Positions 47,845 to 59,250 of a DNA stretch of 64,000 bases are shown here, piece after piece. The position numbers and the translations under genes are program-made. Numbering within the stretch: the stretch's first letter is position 1; each line of letters opens with the position of its first letter. The stretch covers positions 36,582,001 through 36,646,000 of the forward strand of contig OZ076409.1 in assembly GCA_964187785.1 (NCBI GenBank), written 5' to 3'. Source of the stretch: Amphiscolops sp. MND2022 (taxonomy: Eukaryota). Under the pieces are notes generated by a model. That model saw only the letters and a program-made list of their open reading frames with translations. It did no database searches and was not told the DNA's origin.

Positions 47845-49037
47845 ATGAATTCTATAATTTCAGAATCAATGTTCTCTTTAAAAAGTAAATACTTACTCGA
47901 AAAACCTATTCATAAAGTGATTTCATTAAATATAGTCCAAGTAGTTTAGCGACAATCAATAATATTACTTCAAACATTTCAATCAGTTTACCAAGAGAAG
48001 ATGCATACATATGTTTGCAACACTCATTCATAAATGTAGAATTCCAAGTTCTTGAAAATGATGATACAAGATTTAATGACGGCGATGAAATAAGCTTGGT
48101 TAAATTTGGGCCCATTGCTCTATTTAGTGAAGCTAAACTGACAACATCTGGTGGAAAACACCTGGAAAAAGTTGACAATTTGCACCCAATTTGTTTATTG
48201 TATAAACATCTGACAAGTAGTCAACAAACTTCCCAATTGATGTATGGGTTTGAAGAAAGTACGACTATCAGAAGACAAGAACTAAGAAACAAAAAGACAG
48301 AGAAAGGAACCTTTTTTGTGAGAATAAAATTAATAGACTTGTTTGGATTTGCTGATCAAGAAAAAATACCTTATGGATTGGGCTACACTCTTACTTTAAA
48401 ACGAAACACTAACAATGATGTTATCATAAGAGGTGCTGGTGTGGATAATGCAAAAGTAGTTGTAAAAGACATAAGTTGGTATATTCCACACTATGTACCA
48501 AATTTAGAAAACCAGCAACTTGTCATGGACCAAATTCTAAATAAAGACCCAACCGAGTTGTACTACACAGAACGTACCGTCTTTAGAAAAGATGTTAACA
48601 CCAATAACAATTGGACATTTGGATTAGGCCATTCGGGTGAATCAACACCAACTTTTGTGATTGTTGGACTTCAAGCTGGAAATAAAATTGATTCACAAAC
48701 ACACGATAATGCAACATTTGATAGCTTTTCGGTTAGTAATGCAGTTTGTAAAACAGGCTCAGAAAAATATCCCGATGATCGAATAGAGTGTGATTACGAC
48801 CGCGACAAATATGATCAAGCATACAGTGAAATCGAAAACTTTTATCACTTAAAAAGTGAAACTAACCTACTCAACCCATTCAATGATTTGCACAAATTCA
48901 GAAGAAGTTATAATTTTCATGTATTTGATTTATCCAAACAAAAAGACCAAATAGCTTCTCAACCAATCAGATTAGAATTTAAATTTAATGCTGCTTTTGG
49001 TGTAGCAGATTATATAGCTTATTTTAATTCTAACTGA
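47845..49037 (+). pseudogene. Putative double-jelly-roll major capsid protein, copy 1 (early frameshift; C-terminus cut by the duplication junction)
   Basis: 340-aa open frame 48015-49037, beta-strand-rich, with ISWYIPH, FVIVG and VFDLSKQ...IRLEF motifs resembling Polinton MCP. Confidence 0.8.
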
Positions 49038-49490
49038 TGACGGTATTGTTTCAACTTTGATTGTGTAACTCCGTCTTTGATTGAATAGGTTTGAATCCCA
49101 TGAGGTCTACCAAACCGGAACAAGTCTTATACTTTTGTTTTAGGACTTTTGTATGCACCTGCATCATCCAGTACAACAATCTTATTAGCAAGTGATTCAA
49201 TACCTATTTTTTCTAACTGTAACAAGGGTACAAAGTTGGAAGCAGGAAACTTTTTCATCTCGTCCAAATACTATGTAACTTCGTTAAATCAGTGTTAAAT
49301 AATGCTTGAGGAAAGATGTCTACCCTGACGCACTACTTCCATAAATTAACTTATGACAGTTTGTATGCGTATTACTGACTGGTTGAGTTAGCGCTCCGCC
49401 ATGTTCTTGCGAAGCTCCGCCTTCTTGGTTTGTAAGATGAGAGTATTTGAACCCTTCAAATTGTAATATTTTTTTATATATTTTTATACC
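49029..49490 (-). pseudogene. Duplicated 5' half of ATPase 2 with a ~115-bp internal deletion
   Basis: Matches 46106-46684 except for ~46171-46286. Confidence 0.9.
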
Positions 49491-49715
49491 ATTTAGGGCG
49501 GTTATAACGCCAATATATTATGAATATAATTACTATTATAATTATAAAAAGAAAAATAAACATTGAGTAGCTTCGCGCGTAGCTTCGCGGAAAAAATTTC
49601 CGTAACCAACTGGCACGTTCGGTAGTGCGCCAGCTTTCGCCTTAGGACACCTTCATGTCTTCCATCGAACAACTGTAATAATCATCATTCATTTATTTAG
49701 AAAAAATTGTTATAA

Positions 49716-50607
49716 ATGAATCAAAATAAAAAGAAATCGCTAAAGCAATCACAAAAGAAATATTCTCTCCTGTAATCGAAAAGTTTAAAAGAATTCAAAT
49801 ACAAACTCCATATAAAGATAAATGTTGGAATTTTGATTTAATTGATTGCTCAAGTTTAAAAAAATACAACAAAAACTACAAGTTTATTTTCACCATAATT
49901 GACAGTCATAATAAATATGCATGGGCGATTCCCCTCAAAGATAAATCAGGAAAAAGTGTAACTGCTGCATTCAAGAAACTAATAGAAACTAGTTAAAAAA
50001 ACCACAAAAAATGTGGATTGATAGAGGTAAAGAGTTTTACAACCAGACATTTTTACACTACTTAAACGAGCAAAACATTCAATTTTATTCAACCCATTCA
50101 GATTTGAGGGCTGTTTTTGTTGAACGCTTCAATAGAACATTTTTGGACTTAATCAAAGAACCAATGTATATTGAAGGTACAGGTAACTGGTTGAATCACA
50201 TTAATAATGCCCCGAAAAAATATAATAATCGTTTCCATGGTACAACAAAAATGACACCATTTGAAATGAGTTTTTGCGCAGCTTCGCAGAGTGCAATACC
50301 ACGAAGCTACGCCAATCCGATACCTAATGATAGTAAAAAATTACCCAAGTTCCAAGTGGGGGATTTTGTAAGAGTTCCTGACAAACGCAGTGTGTATAGT
50401 AAAGGTTATACAACAAATTGGAACAGAGAACCTTTCAAAATACACAACAATAATTCAACGAATCCAGTAACATACGCTTTGGAAGATGAAAACAAAGAAA
50501 TTATTCAAGGAAAATACTATGAACAAGAACTTTTAAGAAGTAAATTTAACTTTGACTCTAACAACAAAACGTAAGAAAGTAAGAATATTTTCCACAAAAT
50601 GGAGTAA
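49716..50607 (+). pseudogene. RVE integrase, copy 2
   Basis: WIDRGKEFYN, VERFNRT, KFQVGDFVR, GKYYEQEL; break near 49993. Confidence 0.92.
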
Positions 50608-50642
50608 GATTCCAACAATTTTCCCATAACATTTTATTATAA

Positions 50643-51887
50643 ATGAATTCTATAATTTCAGAATCAATGTTTTCTTTAAAAAGTAAATACACACTCGAAA
50701 AACATATTCATAAAATTGATTTCAATAAATATAGTCCAAGTAGTTTAGCGACAATCAATAATAATACATCAAACATTTCAATCAGTTTACCAAGAGAAGA
50801 TGCATACATATGTTTGCAACACTCATTCATAAATGTAGAATTTAAAGTTCTTGAAAATGATGATACAAGATTTAATGACGGCGATGAAATAAGCTTGGTT
50901 AAATTTGGGCCCATTGCTCTATTTAGTGAAGCTAAACTGGCAACATCTAGTGGAAAACACCTGGAAAAAGTTGGCAATTTGCACCCAATTTGTTTAATGT
51001 ATAAACATCTGACAAGTAGTCAACAAACTTCCCAATTGATGTATGGGTTTGAAGAAAGTACTACTATCAGAAGACAAGAACTAACAAACAAAAAGACAGA
51101 GAAAAGAACCTTTTTTGTGAGAATAAAATTAAAAGACTTGTTTGGATTTGCTGATCAAGAAAAAATACCCTATGGATTGGGCTACACTCTTACTTTAAAA
51201 CGAAACACTAACAATGATGTTATCATAAGAGGTGCTGGTGTGGATAATGCAAAAGTAGTTGTAAAAGACATAAGTTGGTATATTCCACACTAAGTACCAA
51301 ATTTAGAAAACCAGCAACTTGTCATGGACCAAATTCTAAATAAAGACCCAACCGAGTTGTACTACACAGAACGTACCGTCTTTAGAAAAGATGTTAACAC
51401 CAATAACAATTGGACATTTGGATTAGACCATTCGGGTGAATCAACACCAACTTTTGTGATTGTTGGATTTCAAGCTAGAAATAAAATTGATTCACAAACA
51501 CACGATAATGCAACATTTGATAGTTTTTCGGTTAGTAATGCAGTTTGTAAAACAGGCTCAGAAAAATGTCCCGATGATCGAATAGAGTGTGATTACGACC
51601 GCGACAAATATGATCAAGCATATAGTGAAATCGAAAACTTTTATCACTTGAAAAGTGAAACTAACCTTTTCAACCCATTTAATGATTTGCATAAATTCAG
51701 AAGTTATAATTTTTATGTCTTTGATTTATCCAAACAAAAAGACCAAATAGCTTCTCAACCAATCAGATTAGAATTTAAATTTAATGCTGCTTTTGGTGTA
51801 GCAGATTATATAGCTTATGTCTTAGTTCTAACCCCAAAACTAATAAGTATTAGTAGTGATGGACAAAGGCATCTTGACCTGCTTTAA
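50643..51887 (+). pseudogene. Putative major capsid protein, copy 2 (414 codons, one in-frame TAA at 51291)
   Basis: ORFs 50643-51293 and 51324-51887 are in the same frame; copy 1 has TAT at that codon. Confidence 0.82.
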
Positions 51888-51954
51888 CATGATTTGATAT
51901 GAGAGGAATGATAACAAATGATAATTATAATTAGCGTGTGTGTCACACCAGTTA

Positions 51955-54900
51955 TCACAATAAATGTGCCCGATCACTTATCAGATTCAAAAGATCTTGA
52001 TGATTCAATTTTTCTTTCAGAGTCCAAATGTTATAGTATATTTCTTCATCCCGAATTGGCTTGCCATCCCTTGTGCCCAATTCTCTATATTACAAACCAA
52101 TTAATTTCAAACAATATATATAAGGACAATCGCCTTTCTGGGTGTGTTTATCCCATGATAAACTTTGTATTGGATTCAAGTACAGTCTTTTGTCATCAAA
52201 AGGATTCAAAGCTAGTTTGTCTGGCTTTTGAACAGTTAAATTATGAGCATCTGAACGGATAGAATATTTAGTTGCAGTTGTTGTTTCAGAATTAAATAAT
52301 AAATTTATAAATTGTGTGTAGGGTGGTGTATGTTGTATTCCTTTTTGTTTTGACTTCTGAACTGTCTTTGCGTTAGCTTTTGCGTTGCCCCATAGCTAAC
52401 AGAATAAGATTTAGATCTCAAAGCTACGAAGTTGTCTAATTCAATAATTGGTGATGTTTCCATTTTCATTTTACCTATAACTTTCTTGTTAATAGTACCA
52501 TACATTTCATGATTTTCATCGAGTTCGCTGAAATCAAAATCGTTTTTAAAATATTCCATGTCTTTTATAAGGTCTCCAGTTTTAATACTTAGAATGAATG
52601 AGTCTGTCTTCATATAATGCAGTTTGACTGAGCAGTTGTAGTATGGTTGTAATTTTGATAATAAAACTCATACATTAACAATTTACTCAGTTCTAAAACA
52701 GAGAATCCCAAGTAAATTGGTTTTTCAAAGACTGTCTTCTCTTTATCAAATTTGTATAAACTAAACGTGGAGTAATGCATGTTTATTCCTTTGAAGCTTA
52801 ACTTCGATTGTTTTTTTATTATTTGATCAATATTGGTGTGGGGGATAATCTCTAAGTTTACTCTTTCTCTTACAATTTCCATAGTCTAACCAAAGAAAGC
52901 ATCGTTCATAAGCTTGTAGAGATCCTTTTCAAAGTTTGTTTTTGCTTTGGTGCGTTTTTGGGTGTTATGAATATTATATTTTTCTAACCAAGGGATTTGC
53001 TTGAAGCGGTAGATTGTATGAATGTGTGTTACTTTCATCCCCATTTTAGTGTAAAACTTTAACATCCTGTAATGTATCATATAATTTTGTTTGTTTGTTA
53101 GGTCACACATAAGTTTCTCGGTTGGTTTGTTATTGGGTTGTTTTACACTATTCAAATAATCTGAGAAACACTCTGGATCTGCTTTGGTTTGATAAGGACA
53201 AAGTGGAAAGTTTGCGGTTTTTTCTTTAATTTCAGCTGGTTATTCTAAATCACATTCTATGAAGAATCCATATGGGTTGTAGTCTGGAATAAGTCTCAAA
53301 TCTTCTACTGTTTGTTCTAGTTCATACTGTTGTGGAAAATATAATTTTTCAAACGTGCCTGTAGGAAGGTTTTGACTCATTGCCCATCCATAAAGATTAT
53401 CTGCATCAATGTATAAAAGTTTCGTATTTTCATCTGATTCAATATAACTAGGTTCCATTACACTTGAAATTCCTTCACGAATATTATTTTTAAGAAGTAG
53501 TAGTAGGCCTTCATCTTTTATGAAAACTTATTTAATATTAGTAAGTTTTAAACCAGTTTTCCATGTAAAACCAGGTAGAGAATAGGAGTACAAAGGATTG
53601 ATGCCGTATTCAAGTGTAGCTTTCTCAACGAAGTTTTCGAATACATCAGCTAATTGTAGAACATCCATTTTTCAGTATAACATAGTTAATTCTTGTCCGT
53701 TCTTTACGTTAAACTTTGTAATAATTTCTTGTGTTCGGTTAATTTCTTCATCTGGTGGAGTTGTTTGTTTTAGTGTTGACCAGAAGTCTTCTTTTGTTAG
53801 ATTTAACGGTTCCTGAAAATTACCGAGGTTAACGTATTCGTGAGGATAAGCCAATTTCTTTTTGAATAATTCATCCGCAAATCCATTTTCTTCCATTATT
53901 GGGAAACTGTTTATACTCTTAACTGATTTATCCAAATTGGTGCTTAGAAAACGGTATGAGTCTAAAAACTTTAAACAACCTACTTGCACACCTACATAAT
54001 TTTCCATTGACTTAGGAATTAATTCTGGTTCATACCCAATTTTAAAAGCTTGTGTTATAAGTTCTTCAAATATAATATGACAATCATAACCACTGATATT
54101 ATGGAAAAATTTGGGAACAAACGAACTTGACCTTTTTTACAATTTAAATTTCACCTGTTGTGAGCTGCTCCTCGGTACTTGCCTGTAAGGTGATCATGAT
54201 CTTGAACTGTATCCTCACCGAGTGGATTTTCGCGTAGTGCTTGTTCGCAAAGCCAACACACTTTGGATTGTTGAAAAGATTCTTGCGAAGCTACGCCTTC
54301 TTCGTCAAGAGGAATATTAGTTTCGAAATATTCCGATGCAATTTTTTTCTAAAGTCAACATTTGATTTACAAACCATGTTACGCAGCTTTCGCCGAAGTA
54401 CGAGTAATAACAATTTCAAAATGGTGAAATTAGATCAAAGCCTACTGCAATTGGAATTTGTTCAAATAATACTTTGGGCGCGATAGCTACCGCAACTTCG
54501 CGGTCACCTTTGGGGTCATCTGTTCGTTGATTAATACATTCAAAATCTGCATATACTCTTTTTGGTACAGGAACTTTCATATGATAATCTTCGAACTTTA
54601 AGTGATCCTTCCAACTGATAGTGATATTAGTTGGTTCTTATTTTTGACAACGGTCAATGTAATGATTAAGAATATCCTCAGAACTAAATGCAGTTAGACA
54701 TCTTCTACACACCCATTTCATGTGTGAACTTTTATTTGTTAGACAATGCAGCTTTGTTATTAAGCAATATTGATTTTCAACTAGCAGCAAGTCAATTTGT
54801 GGTTGTGAGTAAATTTTGTTAATATGAATTGGTGTTAACACTGTTCCGGTGAGTTCAAAAACATTTATGTTTAAATTATTCAAGTTTTCAAACTTGGGAA

Positions 54901-55794
54901 TGTCTTTAACTTTCATGAGGAATTCCAATCCTTCCAGGTTGTGTTTATTGAAGTTCATTGAATAATTTGATGTTCTACTTTTATTGTCCCCAACGGGATA
55001 TAAATACGCCAAGATACACCATAGAAAACAGTATTGAGAATCATTTTTTATATTTATAATTGATTTGTTATTTTTCTGGCAACTCAATGTATGAGGAAGC
55101 TTGATTATCATTGACTTTATATATTTCTAATATAACATTGACAATACAGTTTAACACAAAACCTGATCCTTCTAATTGCTCATCATCTAATTTCTGCTTT
55201 AATGTGTTGTGCGAAGCTGCGTGAATTGAATCTTGTGTGTGATTATAATTAAAATCTGATTTAACCCATTTGTGAAATACAACATCTTCTGCGAAGCTCT
55301 GCCCATTATCTATTTTTGAAAACTTAGCTAAATAATCCAATTGATATTTATATCGGGGAAAGTAATTTTTATCTAGTAGTTCATTCGAGATCTTGTAGTG
55401 CCAGTTGGATTTACTCTCAGTTTAATGTATGTTTTTTCATTCACAATTACTTCTACTCCATGCAGCGAAGCTGTATTACCGAAGGTGTTTTGTGTGCTTC
55501 GTGTATCTTGACTAATTTGGTTGTTTTGACTTCTTAACGTGTGGATTTCACTTTGGAAATGTCTTGTTTTATCACTAACGTATTTACCACAATCTTCACA
55601 CCAAACTTGCTGCTGTTTAGTTTTGTTCTTGTGTTGGTCAGAATTTAAATGATTTAACTTATCTGATAGGGGCATAAATTTGTTACATTTTTACAATAAT
55701 ATTGATTTAATTTTTCTAAATGTTTTACTGATTTCAGATGATTAGACTTGAAAGCTTTTTTATAATCATAATTACAGATACTACAGTTCTCCAT
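51955..55794 (-). pseudogene. polB: Protein-primed family B DNA polymerase with N-terminal zinc fingers and an endonuclease-VII-like domain; fragmented
   Basis: YADFEC and FLDSYRFL (exonuclease region), YIDADNLYGWAM, KLMNDAFFG, KTDS, ALRSKSYS, NPFDDKR; CWLC...DHDHLTGKYRGAAH at ~54155-54260. Confidence 0.93.
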
Positions 55795-55907
55795 TTATTT
55801 ACAATAAATATACGAATTTAATAGCAGTTAATTTTTCAATAGTGTATTTTCAATTAATGAGTGTTAATTTTTATTTTATTTTTTTTTGTTAAAATTGAAG
55901 AAATTAA

Positions 55908-56534
55908 TTATAAAAAACTGTGTGATTCAAGTTGTATTGTTGGTGGTGTGTGGGAAGCTACGCGTGAAGTTGTGTGGATGTGTGATTTTGTTTGTGATTT
56001 TGTGAATGAAGCTACGTGCGAAGCTACGCGATAGTTTTGATACATATTCACAAATCGGTCATATTCTTTTTCATCTATGTGATCATCTTTTAGACTAGTG
56101 GTAAATAATTGTCTAAAGTCGTCAAGTGTCTTCTGAATAATAGTGTACTTAAGTTTATAATTTTGCTCCTTTTTCTTCAAATAACTGGAACAAATTTTAA
56201 CGAGAATACCAGTTGCACAACCAACTTTTGCAGTGATTGGAAGAACTATAATGCCCACACCAGTAATACTTAGTGTAACGGATGTTGAAGTTGTTCCTAT
56301 TATTATAAAACCATCTGTCGAGTTAATTATGTTATTTATTAGCTTGTATTTGGTGTATTTTTTCTTATATTTATTTTCTTCCAATTCATAATATTTCATC
56401 ATTAGACTAATGTTTTGAGTAGAATTATTGAAGCTAGATACTTTTTGTAATTCGCTTTGCAATCGCTTATTTATCATTGAGTCTACATCATACGGTTTTG
56501 AGGGGGTCATTGAGGGATGGAGTTTTTGTTCCAT
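55908..56534 (-). CDS. Polinton protein with a central hydrophobic hairpin flanked by Lys-rich coils (208 aa)
   Basis: FIIIGTTSTSVTLSITGVGIIVLPITAKVGCATGILVKIC; ATAAATG start. Confidence 0.7.
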   Translation of the reverse strand: MEQKLHPSMTPSKPYDVDSMINKRLQSELQKVSSFNNSTQNISLMMKYYELEENKYKKKYTKYKLINNIINSTDGFIIIGTTSTSVTLSITGVGIIVLPITAKVGCATGILVKICSSYLKKKEQNYKLKYTIIQKTLDDFRQLFTTSLKDDHIDEKEYDRFVNMYQNYRVASHVASFTKSQTKSHIHTTSRVASHTPPTIQLESHSFL

Positions 56535-56537
56535 TTA

Positions 56538-57337
56538 TTAATCATATAAAATGAAATTTATTTCCGTTGGTGTTAATTTCATTCTGTGTTTCATATCAAC
56601 AAAGTCTTTATAGGAATTTTTTTTCAATGACTCCAGAATTGATTGTCTGGTAGAATATTCTAAAACAGACAGATATAATTCACCGTCTGAAGTAGGTATT
56701 GTTTTTCCATACTTTTCCTTTAAATAGGTTTCACTGAAAGTTAGATAATTTGCAAAAGCGTGATCTTTATTGGGAAAAGAATCAAACAAACCTTTGTTAT
56801 AAAGCAGTTGAATTATGTTGTTAGTTATAGTAATTTTCTTTTGATCTAGGCTATTAAGAATATTCTTTATTTCATTTTCATTTAAAATCATTCCAGCTTG
56901 ACCCGGAGTTGACATAAACTTTAGGTTACGGACTGTTAACATTTCAAAACTATTGTTGTGTATTAAATTTAGTACTTCATTTACTAAAGTAGTTCTTTGT
57001 TCAGCGAAAGATTTTTTCATATTTAGTTCTAACTTATTTATGGTTTTTGGAAGGTCTGAAAACTTGGAATAAATATCATTGATCAACTTTGTGTTTAAAA
57101 AAACATTTTGAACTTCCTGTGGGTCTAGTATTTGGTGTAGCATTTTTCTTCTTTTAATTTCCCATGATTTTCTATGTCATTTTCAAAATCGCGTTGCAAA
57201 TCATCTTTTAATTTGGAATGCTTTATTTGGGCTAATTTTTCTTGGCTTTTTATCATATCTTTTAGCTCCTGATATTCTCTCAGTTTTAGCTGTTCACTAG
57301 AATAACCAAACTTATGAAGAGACGAAGTTTCATACAT
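56538..57337 (-). pseudogene. Polinton hypothetical protein, probably one gene split by a frameshift near 57135
   Basis: Overlapping ORFs 57125-57337 and 56538-57143; only the first has an ATAAATG start. Confidence 0.5.
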
Positions 57338-57340
57338 TTA

Positions 57341-57589
57341 TTAAGTTGAAAAAGTTAAAAGGGTGTCGAGAAAAATGTAATATTCAAATTTATCGAACTC
57401 TGGCAAATATTCTTCAATGTCGAATAAATAATTAATATTGGAACGTAGCACATGAAGTGGCATTGAAGACTTGTAAACATTTGGATGCCTACGTTGAACA
57501 TTATAGAGTTTTATTGGAAAGTTTGCCCATGCCCTGGAGTATCCCGCACCACGAAAAGCTTCGTCGAACTTCTTGAATCTTTTCGACAC
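57341..57589 (-). CDS. Polinton hypothetical ORF fragment
   Basis: Stop abuts the next start (TAATAAATG); the 5' end may be interrupted by the insertion at 57655. Confidence 0.4.
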   Translation of the reverse strand: MSKRFKKFDEAFRGAGYSRAWANFPIKLYNVQRRHPNVYKSSMPLHVLRSNINYLFDIEEYLPEFDKFEYYIFLDTLLTFST

Positions 57590-57654
57590 CCAGAAAAGCC
57601 TTCCAAGCTCAAAACTTTTTTGAAGGACAGTGTTAGAAGATTTGTCCAGTTGTC

Positions 57655-58028
57655 TTTTTAGTCGGCGTTTTCGAAGAAAATCCCGACTCTTACAGTAGCT
57701 AGTTTTTTTTTCGTCAGTTCAACGCGTACGTCCACTTTTTGTGCATTTATCCAATTAATGCACATTTACCAACTTTTACCATATGTACTTAGTACTTCAT
57801 TTTCAACGCATCCAAAGCGTCTAACATGAGATAAAAAGCGTCCAACTTTTTACATTTTTTGGCAATATGCGACTTACCGGAAACTTCGAAAAAAATTCAA
57901 AAAAAGTCGGATTTTTTTTTAATTTTTAGTTTTTTGAGAGCTTTTGTTGTCTCCAGTTGTAGAAAAAGTGGTTTTCGAGTCTTTTTGAGATTAGATATGG
58001 CGCCGACTTGGGCCGTTCCCGGCTTGTT
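57655..58028 (+). mobile_element. Helentron/DINE-1-like family 1 copy nested in the Polinton
   Basis: TTTTTAGTCGGCG...GGCGCCGACTTGGGCCGTTCCCGGCTTGTT. Confidence 0.8.
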
Positions 58029-58389
58029 GTTTCTTTTATTGCTTCCAATAAATCGGAGAAAGAATGGTATTGAGTTATAACTACAGTGGACGAGTTTTCG
58101 GGTGGTGTAGATTTCAGTGATTCCTTGAGTGCTTTATAAAATTAATGTCGTCTTTTTTCTTCTTTTACCATCAATGACTCGTCAGTTTCATTGGAATCAT
58201 CAGCCTCCATGGTAACATCATCATCATCATTATCATTTGGAGTAGTCAAATGCTGGTGTTTATATTTTACGAAAATTTCCAACACTTTACTCTGCTTATC
58301 AGCATCAACGTATAGACGTATAGAAGAACCTCTTTTGCAAGAGAATCCAAATGATCGCAACTCATTTCAACTTCCTAAATATTATTGCT

Positions 58390-58885
58390 TCTGGTTTTTA
58401 CTATATATGGTATTTTTAGATACTATAGTATCTACTTTTGCATTCTTGGTTTTTTTAAACCAAATATGGTATTTTTAGGTACTATAGTATCTACTTTTTG
58501 TATTTTCAACTTGATATTCACATTTACATTCTCAACTGTTTGCTACTGATGGTTCTGGTTTTTACTATAAATGGCATTTTCAGATACTATAGTATCTACT
58601 GAGCTATTTTCTATTCTCAACGTATCTTAAATGTCACCAGAGCTGAAACATAAAGTGCACAGTCAAATGAAAAATTTCAACTCAAAACTTCTTACTGCGC
58701 ACCGTTAATTCCATAAACTGCATCAAAAATATAAAAATAAACCCACAAAACCAAAATTCGATGATTTTCTCTTGATCCAGGAATAATTGTACGCCCAGGA
58801 AGATCCTAGAATATCCAGGAATAATTGTACGCCCAAGAATATCCAGGAACAATTGTACGCCCAAGAATATCCAGCCAAGAATACA
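58390..58885. repeat. Subterminal tandem repeats of the Polinton
   Basis: Three units containing TACTATAGTATCTACT (58390-58600) and three TCCAGGAA(T/C)AATTGTACGCCCA units (58775-58870). Confidence 0.85.
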
Positions 58886-58990
58886 CCGTAGGGAATATTC
58901 GTGTTGTTGGAATATTGGTTACATACAAGCACTGAAAAAGAAACAATTTAGTTGCTGGTTTATAAAATGTAAAGTGTTTTTCTACGCGTT

Positions 58991-59250
58991 GAAAATTTGT
59001 GTGGTGGGTATTTTTTCAGAGCTTCGCAAACACTTGTGTCACCACTTGGATGCGCGCAGCTTCGCACATGGTCCGGATTGTGAACTTTTTCTCAGTCATT
59101 CGTGTCTTCCATACTGTTAATTTTTTAGTTGCGAAAAAACGCTATTTTTTGATGATATGTATTGAAAATATGTTTATTTTTAAGGATTTTACGAACTTGC
59201 TATCACATCAAAAAATTTGCTTAAGCCGAATCGGCATTTCGCTAACTACT
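58991..59250 (-). repeat. Polinton right TIR
   Basis: Reverse complement of 37346-37605; ends ACTACT before TSD GTAAAT. Confidence 0.95.

Larger units (their letters stand above)
46106..51832. repeat. Tandem duplication: unit 1 46106-49028, unit 2 49029-51826
   Basis: Colinear copies of the ATPase-2 5' half, integrase and major capsid gene; TCTAAC at all three breakpoints. Confidence 0.95.
37346..59250. mobile_element. Full-length decayed Polinton/Maverick (adintovirus-like endogenous DNA virus), 21.9 kb including nested insertions
   Basis: Termini AGTAGTTAGCGAAAT...ATTTCGCTAACTACT, ~260-bp TIRs, 6-bp TSD GTAAAT (37340-37345, 59251-59256); contains pPolB, integrase, ATPase, protease and capsid genes. 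Confidence 0.96.

Noticed and set aside
51918..52262. 114-aa plus-strand ORF
   Set aside because: Antisense to the polB C-terminus (NPFDDKR region).
40609..58028. Inverted pair 40609-41139 / 57655-58028 as Polinton TIRs
   Set aside because: Members of a dispersed family with different interiors; the true TIRs with AGTAGT ends and a TSD lie further out.
58775..58885. CRISPR-like direct repeats
   Set aside because: Only three units, no unique spacers of regular length, eukaryotic context, no cas genes.
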